DNA from: Nemertoderma westbladi
Taxonomy: Eukaryota; Animalia; Xenacoelomorpha
Length of the DNA: 64,000 nucleotides
NCBI GenBank assembly: GCA_032718475.1
Contig: JAUCBJ010005028.1
Span: forward strand, 1-64,000
Reading direction: 5' to 3'
In this document: positions 35,826-48,419 of the stretch, piece after piece
How positions within the stretch are numbered: the first letter of the stretch is position 1
How the letters are laid out: each line of letters begins with the position of its first letter
Made by a program: the position numbers and the translations under genes
The notes under the pieces: generated by a model
The model's input: the letters and a program-made list of their open reading frames with translations, nothing else
Told to the model about the DNA's origin: nothing
The model's database searches: none

Positions 35826-36864
35826 AGTAGCACCACACCAGTCATACCTTCGGGTAACATTCCTGCAAAGCTAACCTAGCATTGCGAATTATCTTGCACA
35901 AAATATAATGAAAGTATTATTTATTTCAGATGTAAAATTTAGAATTAAAGGAAACTGCAGCAGTCAAGAATGAATATAAGAAGAGCGGGCTCGCAAGTAT
36001 TATTCTGGAGAGCGGCTGTAGATAATATGCAGCCGGCAGCCGCTACTATAGCCTATAAACTTTGGTTGGATGTGGGAGCAATTTGTAAATTGGGCTTTCA
36101 ATTTTTATTGCAAGTGTGCGAACAAGGACTGTGATAACGTGTAAATAAATATATTATCAAACATTCAACTAAAAGTAATTACTGCAAATGCAGAAGTTGT
36201 TTCATCGACAGTCCACCTTTTATTTCACGGTCCACTGGTAATACCGGACATCACCTTACAGAAACAACATCTCAGTTTGGGTAACCACTGCTACAGTACT
36301 TCGAAAAGGATAAACCTGCGCCATTCTGTCCATAAATGCGTCGGCCACAAAGTCCACATTCGAATTAACATATTTCCAACATATTTTCACCAGTTCTTGG
36401 GGATACATGTCTAGCGAGAGTTAGGGTGCTGACAGCATATTCCTGACAGACAGGTATGTCGGTGCATTACTTGGCCACAGTGATGAGCTCCAAATTGCAC
36501 ACCGAGCCTTGTATGTATTACAAGTTCACTACCAGTAACAGTGTTTGCCATAACACTGCAATGTTACAAAATTTATAACTCATAACTGCAAACATAATCC
36601 TTATTCCTTACATTTTTATTTTCTCGAGCTTGGTTTCTCCTTATTTATGATTGACCATTGTCTAAATAGATAAATATACCCCTGTGTGCTAATTCATTAT
36701 TGTTGCTATGTAAAAAATCTGTCGTTAAGATAAATAGTGTTCTAGAAAAAATTGCTCAATGCGGACTATGTGAAATATAACATAATTTCAAATGGTTTAT
36801 ACAAGTTAACACTTTCAGCAAAAAAAACTGCAGTCATACCCAATTTGAACGGTGGTCGGTACTG

Positions 36865-37562
36865 TCTACTTGACTATAGGCACCACCTAACTCCAGATGA
36901 CTTTTCTGAATCTGGACTACTTAACTTAGATAGTAGAGTTAAGCAGCTACGCCTTAACCATGTGCATAAAGTGTATAATGGTAAATGTCCCAATTACCTA
37001 AAACAAAAATTCAACAGAGTACGCGATACACACTCTTACAGTACCAGAGCTAGTGCTTCAAACTTCTACCTCCCGAATTGTAAATCCTTTGAATCTGATA
37101 CTTTCTTTTTTAACGGCATAAAAAATTGGAACGCTCTTCCTAATGAAATTAAAAACCTAAATAATCAACTTCTTTTAAATCTGCAGTTAAATCTCATCTC
37201 CGTGTGCAATGTAAAAATAGGTACAATAGTCCTACAGTAAGTTATTAGTTTATTAATTATTTACTATTTATACTGTAATTACGTTTTATAATAAATTGTT
37301 CTGTACATTACATCTTTATCGTTGAGTCGGGCATTGTCACGCTCTCGGTAAAGTTGTACATGTACATAGTGTAATTACGTTTTATATTGGTTTTAGGTTA
37401 GCGTAGTGTAATATTGTATTTGTAACCAAGTAACATAAAGGACCCCCTTGGAAATAAGCTGCAAAGCTTTAGGGGTAATCCTATATGTTATGTTGGACAA
37501 TACCTTTATACCGGTACATTGTTTGGTGTATTTGTTATTGTTTTTACATAATGTATAAATAA

Positions 37563-37604
<42 letters not shown>
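36865..37604 (+). mobile_element. 5'-truncated L2/Crack-type LINE 3' end with (TCTA)n tail
   Basis: HKVYNGKCPNYL..HSYSTR...WNALP C-terminus, 3' UTR stem-loop near 37440-37482, then AATAAA followed by about 10 TCTA units. Confidence 0.8.
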
Positions 37605-37847
37605 TTCTGTATTTTAGTACCGGTACCGGCACCGGTACTGCTATAGGCCTACTGTGTAGCCTACCATTTAAATACGGTAATGGTAGGCCTACCGGTTGTG
37701 CTAATAAATTTTAAATAATTGATAGGCCAAACTGGATTGCAGGATTGTGGAAAATGTGGATATACCTTTCACATAATTTAGGCCTATTACTGTATTAGTT
37801 TTATAATCAATAATGGATCATGACTACTGTCTGAGTAGTGTTACGGA

Positions 37848-38465
37848 TAACCTGCTCCTTTCCCTGATTTGGTAAAGTGACTGTTTATTGTTTTGGTTAG
37901 AAAATCCGGCCTTAACCTGCTCCTTTCCCTCAATTAGTTAAGTGATCGTTTATTGTTTTGGTTAGAAAATCCCGCCTCTGTAACCTGCTCCTTTCCCTCA
38001 ATTGGTAATGTTATCGTTTATTGTTTCTGTAACCTGCTCCTTTCTCTCAATTGGTAATGTTATCGTTTATTGTTTTGGTTAGAAAATCCCTTCTCTGTAA
38101 CCTGCTCCTTTCCCTCAATTAGTTAAGTGATCGTTTATTGTTTTGGTTAGAAAATTCCGCCTCTGTAACCTGCTCCTTTCCCTGATTTGGTAAAGTGATC
38201 GTTTATTGTTTTGGTTAGAAAAGCCCGCCTCTGTAACCTGCTCCTTTCCCTCAATAAGTTAAGTGATCGTTTATTGTTTTGGTTAGAAAATCCCGCCTCT
38301 GTAACCTGCTCCTTTCCCTCAATTAGTTAAGTGATCGTTTATTGTTTTGGTTAGAAAATCCCGTCTCTGTAACCTGCTCCTTTCCCTGAATTGGTAAAGT
38401 GACTGTTTATTGTTTTGGTTAGAAAACTCGGCCTTGACCTGCTCCTTTCCATCAATTGGTAATTG
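37848..38465. repeat. 68-bp tandem repeat, about 9 copies
   Basis: Unit TAACCTGCTCCTTTCCCTCAATTAGTTAAGTGATCGTTTATTGTTTTGGTTAGAAAATCCCGCCTCTG; for example, starts at 38234 and 38302. Confidence 0.95.
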
Positions 38466-38814
38466 TTTTTGGCTATAAAATGAGTGTTTTGCTACGTCAT
38501 GTGGTAATCGATTATCGACAACAACCACGAACTATTAAATTTAGAGTCTTTTACCACAGGCGCATATGGAAATCTATCTCATAGTCTATAAATCATGGAA
38601 TCATGGAATGTTTTGACACAGGCATAGTGAAATCAACTGTCTGACAGTCCAGAAATCAGCAGTCTGACAGTTTGAAGAAATACATACATAAAAAGTCATT
38701 AAAAGGACAATAAAAGTCATTAAAAGGACAACAAAAGTCATTATGCATAATTCCTAAAAAAAAATGACAAAAAAAGTCAAATAAAAGGACATAAAAAATC
38801 ACTGCCCTTTTAAT

Positions 38815-38847
<33 letters not shown>

Positions 38848-38977
38848 TCCTACCAACCAATACATAACCGCGACATCTACCACCCAAGGGGCGGAAGGGT
38901 AGCATAAACTTATTTCCAATCACACGTTCAATATGCGAAGCCATGTGGTTTATAGGAAATATCGAGAATTCGAGAAA

Positions 38978-39292
38978 ATCGAGAATACGAGAAACTCGAT
39001 CGAAATACCTGCTCATCCCAGTATCCGTCCGTAGTCACCGGACAGCTGCGGTTTATTCCCGTAGAACAGTAGAATTCCCGCAGCTTCAGACCCAATTCGA
39101 CAACAACGAATTCGCCTCACACTTTCGCGTGGCAGAGAACGTAATCCGGTGCGATACACGTCTGCCCAACTTTCAACAATTTCCCCCAGGCGATCCCAGG
39201 ATCCGGCTGTCCGGGCCGCCTCTAAACCCAAATCGCAATCCTCGTCGATTCGTCCAGTCGTCGACGTAAGTCGGACTCTTCCCACCGCACTC
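38978..39292 (-). pseudogene. Aldehyde dehydrogenase family 3 (ALDH3-like) gene fragment
   Basis: After removing five 8-bp insertions it reads [47 protein letters not shown]...DYGR, the ALDH3 active-site region (ELGGKSP; GQTCIAPDY). One internal stop. Confidence 0.88.
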
Positions 39293-39968
39293 ACATGAAG
39301 ACGGTACCCGTAACTCTGTACCACTGTAACTGTTAACAGTTAACACGTACTGTAATCCTGTAGTCTCCTAGCAACCAGCTGATACCAAGCCTAATAATTT
39401 TTGGGTAGATTAATTTATTATAACCGTAAGACAGTTACACAGATGCTGCACGAAGACCCCACGCAAATTCAACTTGGAAAATTTCTAAACTTTGGCCAGA
39501 CTACATGTGTACCAAGTTTGGTTAAATTTCATTAACATTTGGCTGAGTTATTAACGTTTAAAATTGGACACGACAGAACGACAGAACAACAGATCAACAG
39601 AACAACAGACATACCGATTGAGTTAGTGGTACCTGTATGCTAAGCTCTCTTACTTTCGTCGCTCGCCCCACATATTCAGTAATGCAAATAATATCTTTAA
39701 TCGAGGCTCATTTTTACTCAAAGATATTGAAATGTCCATGTAAATGAATCCCTGGATGGCAGATACACAAGAATTCTACCCCGGATCCCTGGTGTCAAGT
39801 TCAATGAACTCAAACTAATTTTAAACTTCAATATATATTATTAATAATTATTACTAATTCACAAATATAAGAATACCAGAAGTGGAAGCTCAAGTTTCAG
39901 TTCCTAATAAAATATTATGTAAAATAATTCGTTTGGAAATGTATAATTTATTTGATAATAATTTTTAG

Positions 39969-40162
39969 GTTGAGTTTGGAATATTACAAACCAGAAGGAA
40001 TTATATACAGTGAGTTTTTGGATTGGATAGCCACATGTACAAAACAACTACTGGCATATTGTTCGAACGACTCTTATTTGAATGTGGATGACCCATTAAC
40101 AACGTTATCACAAGGTGACTTTCACTGCGACAATGTTTTTATGAAATACGACAAAACGAAAG
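39969..40162 (+). CDS. EcKL coding exon 4 (catalytic loop)
   Basis: ttttag|G; TLSQGDFHCDNVFM (Brenner-motif variant); donor G|gtacag (phase 1). Confidence 0.88.
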
Positions 40163-40793
40163 GTACAGTATGTATTGAAATTTATAATAATATATAAACA
40201 ATCCATTAGCTAATAAAACAATTTCTATAAGCAATGTAAATAATAAACTTTCGGATTTCACTGTTGATCGTACCCCGGTCGGTATGGCAACAAAGTGTTG
40301 GCAAGCTGTGTTTTCGAGATGTTTATTGTTATACATATAAATACGAACTGTTCTAGGGTTTTAACCTCGAATGATACGTTTATTTGACCAAAATATCTTA
40401 TCTTTTTTATTGGCGCATTTTTACGTGCAACCTAGGGTTGTTGTCTCGGCTTTTACCTCGAGGTCGCAGGTTCGAATTCGACACCACGCAGATGAGATCC
40501 GGTAAGATCGAAACGCGTACGTGGTTTGGAGAGATATAAAATATGAATTTCATTATAAAAATTTGACGATTCCTAAATTTGTATTCTACCCGATAAAAAA
40601 GAACACATGTGATGTGATTAGTCCTAGAATGCTCCAATAAAAAAGATAAGATTATTTTCTGTAAAATAAACTTACCATTCGAGGTTTAAGACACCGAGAA
40701 TGTATCTCTGTATGGCAGGCAGGTTGGTGTCTCAAACCTCTTTACTCGTTGCAATTACAACTTTGCTTATTTCTTCACTGCTCAAATGTTTAG

Positions 40794-40943
40794 GAGGTTC
40801 GAATTTCCGAGATTTTCCAACGGATATGATTCTATTCGATTGGCAAGGATACAGAATTGTGCATGTCGGTTGGGATTTGGGATGGCTAGTGTTCTCCAGT
40901 GTTGATTCCGACGATTATTTAGAATTTCTAGCTCATGGACAAA
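40794..40943 (+). CDS. EcKL coding exon 5
   Basis: gtttag|GA; MILFDWQ..DLGWLVFSSVD; donor A|gtaagt (phase 1). Confidence 0.88.
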
Positions 40944-42401
40944 GTAAGTTCAGTAATATTTAGTAATGTTGCTACATTGTTTGTGGGTACGGTTTGTTGG
41001 CCTGAAACATATGGGGGGGGGGGGGGGGGGGGGGGGGTAGTCGGTAGTCGGATTTGGCCACCTTTTGGAAATGCTTAAAATACACCTGGATTAGATACTG
41101 TAGTAGGACATATAAACAGTATATATAAAAAATATATTCTGAAAGATAATTAAACGGGCTTTCCATTTCCGTGGTCACACACTTAAAATACTCGCTTCCG
41201 ATTGGCTAATTGCTAATTGCGCGAAATTTTGACAATTTAGAATTTTTGGTCTGAAATTTGATGAGTACAGTATGTGTCCTGACTACCCCTTTATAGAACC
41301 CTTGGAGGAATTTTCGAATTTCTTTTTCAAACTGATTTTTGTGCATATTTTATGGCCCGAAGTCATGAAATTTCTCGAAAACTATATTCAAATATACTAT
41401 ATTCTCAAACTACTGTATGTTCTAAATTCAAAAATCCATCTAAGGAAGTTAAAATCTGATAAATATTAAAGGAGGAGAAACATTTTTAGTGACTAAAAGT
41501 GACCCAAAAATTAAATAGGTGTAAATGACAAAAACAAAATGTCGTTTTTTGAACCTACCCGCGCAAACTATCTGTGAATATGAAAGAATGTCATCTTAAT
41601 AATGTACGGCAGTAAGGATGATAAACTGACTAAAAATGGTTAAAAAAAACTGATTAAAAAGGGTTTTAGGGGTCGAAGATTTCATTTTCGATGTAAATTG
41701 TTATGTTTGGTGGAATGTAGGCTGTTTGTCAGTCAATCTGTTTGTCAGTCTGTCTGTCTGTCTGTTAGTTCCGTCCAATTACAATAAATCCAACCGCCTA
41801 ACTATAATTTCCGTTATGGGGTTTTCCCGGATCGCAGATTTCATTTCTAGGGTTTTTATTTGTGTTTGGCTTAATCTAGGCAGTATGTCTGTCAGTTTGT
41901 CCATCAGTTTGAAAGTTTGACATTGAATGAAAAGTGCAAGTAGTGTAAAAAAACAGTCAAGTCTGGGTCAGGTGTTTTAAAAAGTGTTACAGAGCGTTCC
42001 ACAGACACCAATCAGTAGCACAATAGTACATCACATCATTCCTTAAGGTACTCATCTCATCCCAGAGCTACAGACATCCTGTGTCACATGTCAACTGGCT
42101 TTTCAATTTCAACTGGCATATGTACATTGCACGCCATTCAAGCACACTTATATGCACTATATTCAAGGAGTTCTATGTTCTAAAATATTCTTTAAAGAAT
42201 TTTGTATCACCATCATAATTAATTAACAATGCCATATCCGTTTGGGTACTACCTTCCCTTAATGAATGCCTTTTCGTTGAGTGGCTGTGTGTAATAAACT
42301 AAACGTTGTAAATTTATCACATATTTAAGGTATTTTTCTTTATATATTTGATAAATTTAATTGCTTTAATTTAATTTTCTCCGATGTATTATAGTTAAAA
42401 G

Positions 42402-42687
42402 ATATTAATTGATAATAAAACATAAACATAATAAATCACAACGCGTTTCGAATAAATCGATGTATTGATACAGTCAGGCAGTAACGGTAACGCAACAGGC
42501 AATAGTAGGCCTACTGTACAGTATAAGATATAAGTACCTACGGGGAATATTTGAACATAACTGTAAAAAAAACATGGTATCAAAAAATATACACCTCCTA
42601 TCTGACTGTTTCACTGTCTTTAGACATATAATATATTCGAAACGCGTTGTGTTTTATTATGTTTATGTTTTATTATCAATTATTAAT
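42402..42687. mobile_element. MITE-like inverted repeat
   Basis: AATTGATAATAAAACATAAACATAATAAA..ACAACGCGTTTCGAATA and its reverse complement at about 42633-42682. Confidence 0.65.
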
Positions 42688-42772
42688 GTTTTCGTTTTCT
42701 TCATTGGCATTAAAGTATACTTTCACGTTAAAATGCAGGCACACTAATTAATAAGAAATTGGTTTATTTTAG

Positions 42773-43011
42773 AATTGTGGCTGGAGAGGTTAATGTACTA
42801 CAGAAGACTGTTGGGAGTACCAGGTATATTGACGCCTGAGACTACCTATGAGACTGACCAATGGAAGGAGACTTTGTTACGAGGTGCCTCTCTCTTCATC
42901 GGGATTCAAACATACAGAAACATTTCAACCGAAAGTAGCGTTGCAAAAGAAACTATGAAAAGAACTGTGAATGTTTATAAAAACAGAAATACTTTATTCA
43001 ACATCAATTAG
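42773..43011 (+). CDS. EcKL coding exon 6 (last)
   Basis: ttttag|AA completes Lys; reads to TAG at 43009-43011. AATAAA signals at about 43264-43273. Confidence 0.8.
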
Positions 43012-43329
43012 TTTACGTTTTAATAGATAAAGTATTTATATCATCAAGATTAATAAGTAAAGTAACGCTTTATAGAAGTTTATACTGTAGTTATCCTATA
43101 AAGTTCAACATACAGCCTGAATGGCTGTAATGTGGTTCTGACGAGAACTTGATTAATTAATTATTACTTTATGTATTTTACGTGATATTTAATTTGCGAA
43201 TCTGTTTTAGCTTTTATCAATCGCTGCTGCCCTTTATTCTGACTATATATCAGTATTCATATTAATAAATAAACTCAATCAATATTAACAAGGTGTCAAA
43301 GGATCAAATTTTCTCTATAAAAGACATCG

Positions 43330-45990
43330 TCAACACTAATAAAACCGAATAATAAGTGTTCATAGCGCCACTTTTACATGGCATCATGACTAAATTAGAA
43401 TATATTTTAATATGATTTCTAGAAACATTTATATATAATAAATTCTATCAGTGCCTATATTTTATATTACATTTCAGTTCTACAATAAGAACTCGTTGTC
43501 CGTTGTGCTCCTTGCCGAAAAGTGAAGGCCTCTGTTCATATGTGTGGATTGTACTTGAAACAATAAACCCGGCGCACCATCCAGAGATTTGGTATCCTCT
43601 GCAGTTAGATCCCAGTATGGGCTCCCATATAAGCTTCTACCATATAGGTTCTACTGCTGCTCTAAATAGTCGAAACTAAAGTTTCCGACGTAACCTACGT
43701 GACTTCCAAATCCTACACAGCATTCAATGCTGCCCATGAATTCTCGTTATATATCCGAAGGGTATGTATCAGAGGCGTAGCGAGCCCTTCTGGTGCCCGG
43801 GGGAATGAAGCCGAGATAGCCCCCCCCCCCCCCCCCCCTCCCCTCAATAATTTTAACTTTTCATTTATGACGGTTTTTTTAATATTATATATATATAACA
43901 GTATATACTATATCAAATCCTGAAATCTATTATACACAAGTTTGATATAGTGTAATTATAATATATTGTATGGCGAGCGAAGCAGGCTGAGAAAATTTTT
44001 ACATTTTTGGCTTATGACACATGTCCTGTATATACAGTACTGTATCACAATCCCTGACTTTTTACTGATTTGTCCTATTTTTACAAGAATACCCTGACAT
44101 TTACCTGGCATTTCCGCGACCCTGGGTGAGTGCGCTCGGGGGAACTTCCCCACCCTCGCTACGCCTCTGGTATGTAAGGGTACATTCAGCTGACTTCCGG
44201 ATCCATGAACCAAAGTAGCAGAAGCCATCCACATGCTCAACAGCTCAAGCACACCACCCTTAGAGCTAATGGTGGTCATACATTCAGACATTTTCTGAGG
44301 ACTGTCTAAGTTAACTGTGAAAATTTTGGTGTTCTTGGAGTTAACAAATACAGTAGACCAAGACTACAGTAGAATCAGCCCTAAAACAAAGATGCGTAGA
44401 ACATAGAGGACTATGTTCTACGCATGTCCTGTCCAAAGATTATCATAATGATGATGGGGTGATGGTATCTCCACCTATTGACTCCAGAAGTCGAGGAAAT
44501 CCTGCCAAGTACCTAACTTTGCTGATAACTTGGGAGTACTCTCAGAATCACTAGAGGGAGCCCATTCATTAGAACAGGCTGCTTTTAGTGTGGGTCTTTT
44601 TATTAACTCCAAAAAGATCAAAATTTTGACAGTTAACTTTGAAAGTCCTCAGCAAGTCTCCGATCGGATGAGCATAAGCTCAAAAGATGGTATGCTTGAG
44701 CATGTGGATGACTTCTGTTACCTGGGATCATGGATCCGAAGTCAGGTGAGGACCTTCGAATACGTAAGGGAAAGGCATGGGCAGCCTTGAATGGGCTTTC
44801 CAGTATTTGGAAGTAACACAGGATTCATCGGAAACTTAAGGTCCGATTATTTAGAGCAGCAGTAGTTCCAGTACTCCTCTATGGGAGGGAGTCCATGCTA
44901 GGCTCTAACTGCTGAGGACACCAAATCTCTGGATGGCACATTCACAACAATGCTACGTCGGGTTCGCTGTCTCAAGTACATTGCACACATATCCACCCAG
45001 ACATTATATAACATTGGAGGACTCTCATTGGTTCCCAAAGCTTGACACTAGAATAAAGCCGCCTCCGCTTTGCAGGACATTGTTTTCGACATGAGGACCA
45101 GCCTGGGCACAATCTTGTGCTTTGGCAGCCCCATGGAGAATATAATTATGATGGACAGTCAATCACTTTCGCGAGACGCCTCTTAAAGAACACTGGCCTT
45201 GAAGATGCGGATAATCTCGCGAAAGTAGTGAAGAAAGTTGTGGCGGTACAACTTTGTTGATAAGCCGGCATAGCATTCTTAATGCACTTGGCATTGGGCT
45301 TGCCAATTGTGGATTGATTCATTCAAATCATTTCAAATCAAAGACATTTTTATTATAGCATCGGGGCGGGAAACTCCAGTTCTAAATCAAGTTGCTTAAT
45401 TGTGGATTGATTGCATGGTGGTGACAAAATGTTTTTTCAAGCTGGCATAGCATCTCAATTTGCGGTTTCATGGCAGCAGGCCCGATTATACTGTATGTAG
45501 TAGTAGTATAGTAGTAGGATTCAATCATATATTATTGCCACACTAAATATTCGACTTTCCAACTTATCCTACTTGACTTCCAAATCCTGGAATGCTGCCC
45601 ATGCATTCCCCTTATATATCTGAAGGGTATGTAAGGGCACATTCAGCTGACTTCCGGATCCATGAACCTAAGTAGCAGAAGCCATCCACATGCTCAATCA
45701 GATAACCCTTAGAGCTTATGGTCATAAGTTCAGACATTTTCTGAGGACTGTCTCAGTTAACTGTGAATATTTTGGTCTTCTTGGAGTTAACAAAAATAGA
45801 ATCAGCCTGTTCTAATGAGCTGAGGAACCGGTGGGCTCCCTCTAGTGATTCTGAGAGTACTTCTAGGTCATCAGCAAAGTCTAGACCAGTTAGGTACTCA
45901 CGTGACTGGATTTCCTCGACTTCTGGATCCAATTAGGGGTGCTACTGTACAATGACACCTGTCCAATAATGCCACAATGAATCGGATACG
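43330..45990. mobile_element. Cluster of three RTE-clade LINE fragments (minus about 43330-44350, plus about 44420-45260, minus about 45530-45990)
   Basis: The plus copy reads FADNLGVLSESLEGA...VGLFINSKK...HVDDFCYLGSWIRS...RLRFAGHCFR. The other two pieces are reverse-complement homologues. Confidence 0.8.
43770..44169. mobile_element. hAT-type MITE inserted in an RTE remnant
   Basis: CAGAGGCGTAGCGAG...CTCGCTACGCCTCTG; 8-bp TSD GTATGTAT/GTATGTAA; internal poly-C. Confidence 0.8.
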
Positions 45991-46909
45991 ATATTTTTGA
46001 GTGCCAAATTCATAATCAGCATCCCAGAAAACCTCTTATGTCATAAAATCAGGTTGATTGGGTAATGAATTTTGATTATCCAATTTGTGCTTAATTGTCT
46101 TTTTCGCGCCACACATATACAAAAAATGTCCTACTCAATAAAGTACGATATATTTCAGTGTCATATTCGTGATCAGCGCTACAATAAATAAGTCATAAAA
46201 TAAGTTTTACTTGGAGTTGATTTTTCATTATCATATTAGCACTTCTTGTTTACTTCGTGCCCCAGGGGGCACATCAAAATTATCAGAAATTTCCTCGAAT
46301 GTTATATCTGAGTTCTATAATCGTGTGACGTGATCAGCACCCAAAAACTGCTAAGCTATATAACGCGAATAAATTTATTTTAGATAGCCATAAAAACTTT
46401 TGAAAAGTTTAGCACGAAAATAATTAGAGAAGGGTGCAAGAAAGGGGCCACAGCACGGAAACTAACATAGCTATTTTTAATTGGCATTTGGTCTGATTAA
46501 ATTTTAGGAAGTCACGAAATCTCGGTTTTCACAGACAAACCTGGCTCAAAGATACAGATGAATTACAAAACAAATATAAAATGATCCCCCGCCCTGGGCC
46601 AAATAGGGTTAAGGTAAGGAAAATTGCTTTTGCTTTGATAGGAGACAAGATCACGAGATTGAGAAGTAGAAATATCGAAACCAAACCAGCTAAATTGACG
46701 TAGAGAAAATACACAGTTTGCAGTCCCCACATGGCAGTTTGTCAGAACACATACGGTAGCGGCAGGCAAAATAGTGAACTGAAGTATAAAACGCATGGAT
46801 AACACGTGTTAAATCGCTTCCTAACCACATATAATTTTAGTACAGTTACCGACCAGCGAGTTATCTCAATCAACTTTCCATAGATCGCAGTTATTGAAAT
46901 TTGTCAATC

Positions 46910-47005
46910 ACTGATTGGACCACATACATTTGAATTATATTGTTGGAAATCCGTCATTGGCTGAATAATTGAGATTGTTGCTAAGCTCTAAATCTATTGG
47001 GCCAG
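46910..47005 (-). promoter_or_regulatory. ER-stress-element-like / CCAAT cluster upstream of BiP
   Basis: GTTGG-N9-ATTGG at 46942-46960 (CCAAT-N9-CCAAC on minus); ATTGGACCACA at about 46914 resembles ERSE-II; a further ATTGG at about 46996. Confidence 0.4.
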
Positions 47006-48419
47006 CACAATACTGGCTTGCTAGCTACACGGTTGCGTTGCTCATGTTATGTCATTCTGTCATTTCTGTTGGCTAGTAGGGGTGTTTGAAATGAGAATGA
47101 GGATTTTGGTGATATAGCAGATAGGCTCACGCTCACGGCAATACGGTAGCGGTAGGCCTACCGGCTGACCGGTTCCGTACAGTTTGAATCTTATATACGG
47201 TACCGGCTGACCGGTACTCTGGCATCACTGTAATGCGCCAGCGCCATCTTACATACCGTAGCAATCATGCATAGCTGCATAGCAGCTTACCGCAGCCCAG
47301 ATACAATCTGACAATTGAGCATTGTTATGCGTGTTACCGGTACTGTCTGACTGTGTTATAGCAGGCCTACTGACTAACTGCAGAACTGGCTAACTGATAG
47401 TCCTGTGCCTGTCAGCCTGTAGTTAGGCCCCTAGCACCTACTGACCTAGCAGCCTAGTGGCTTGTGCGTGCGCGTGCTTACCTAGCTTAATGTGTAATGT
47501 TAGTGATATTGGACTTTTCTCCTGTCAGCCTGTTCTGTTCTCTTGCTTCTTGCGGTGCAATCTTGTTAGCTGTAGCTTGCTGGCTTGAGTAGGTCCAGAG
47601 CCAGATGTCAGTCTCAGTCAGTCAGTGACACAGTGAGTAGGGCAGGGCCTGGCCTAGGTCGGTAGGTATGACCTAAGTCTGTAAGTGTTACGGCTGTTCC
47701 TGTTACTAGTGTGACTGTGACGCAGGTTTCAGGTAGGTAGGGCATAGCACATAGGGTAGAGCTACCAACATATCAAGATCATTGTGCAACTGGGCAGCTG
47801 GGCAAAGCCACCCAGCTAGCTAGAAACGAACGCCGGCCTGACCGCCGATCGATGCCGTTCACCGTTCTGCCGTTAATACTGTAATAACGTACCGCGTTGA
47901 GTATCGGAATCGCCGGAATTTCTTTACACAAGCCAATTTAGCTACCGCACCCTTGGCCCAGCATAGCAGGTACCCGGTACCTACCGTTTTACTGCTCCAA
48001 CGTATTTCAGCTCTAATCTGTCTGCCGGTTTGCGTCTGTGCGTAGGCCAGTCTGCCAGTACAGCAGTAGGCGTACGCAAGTAGGTTTTGCTCTCACTCCA
48101 TGATAATAAACTGATAGGTCTAATCACTTTAACTTTGATTTGATTGTTCTTTTTATTTAATTGATACCGAAAGTTCTTTTACTTTGATAATTTCAAAGTG
48201 GTAGCCAGTAGCCTAGCCACGGCGTCGGTCTGTCAGTACGTTTATGTACCTCTACAGACAGGCCACGATCGAATCGGTTGCATGGTGAAAACAGTCGGAC
48301 AGTGTGGCGAACTCACGATCTTGATCTTCTAACCTTCAAGCTTCGACCTTGACATTTATAGTAATTAGGTTTCCTGGAAGTAAGCCAAACTGGAGTTAAG
48401 TCACGCTACACGTTCTTGC

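Noticed and set aside
42430-42650. GAAACGCGTTG resembling a minimal hammerhead stem III
   Set aside because: The upstream core is CTGACTG rather than CTGANGA, and no stem II forms.
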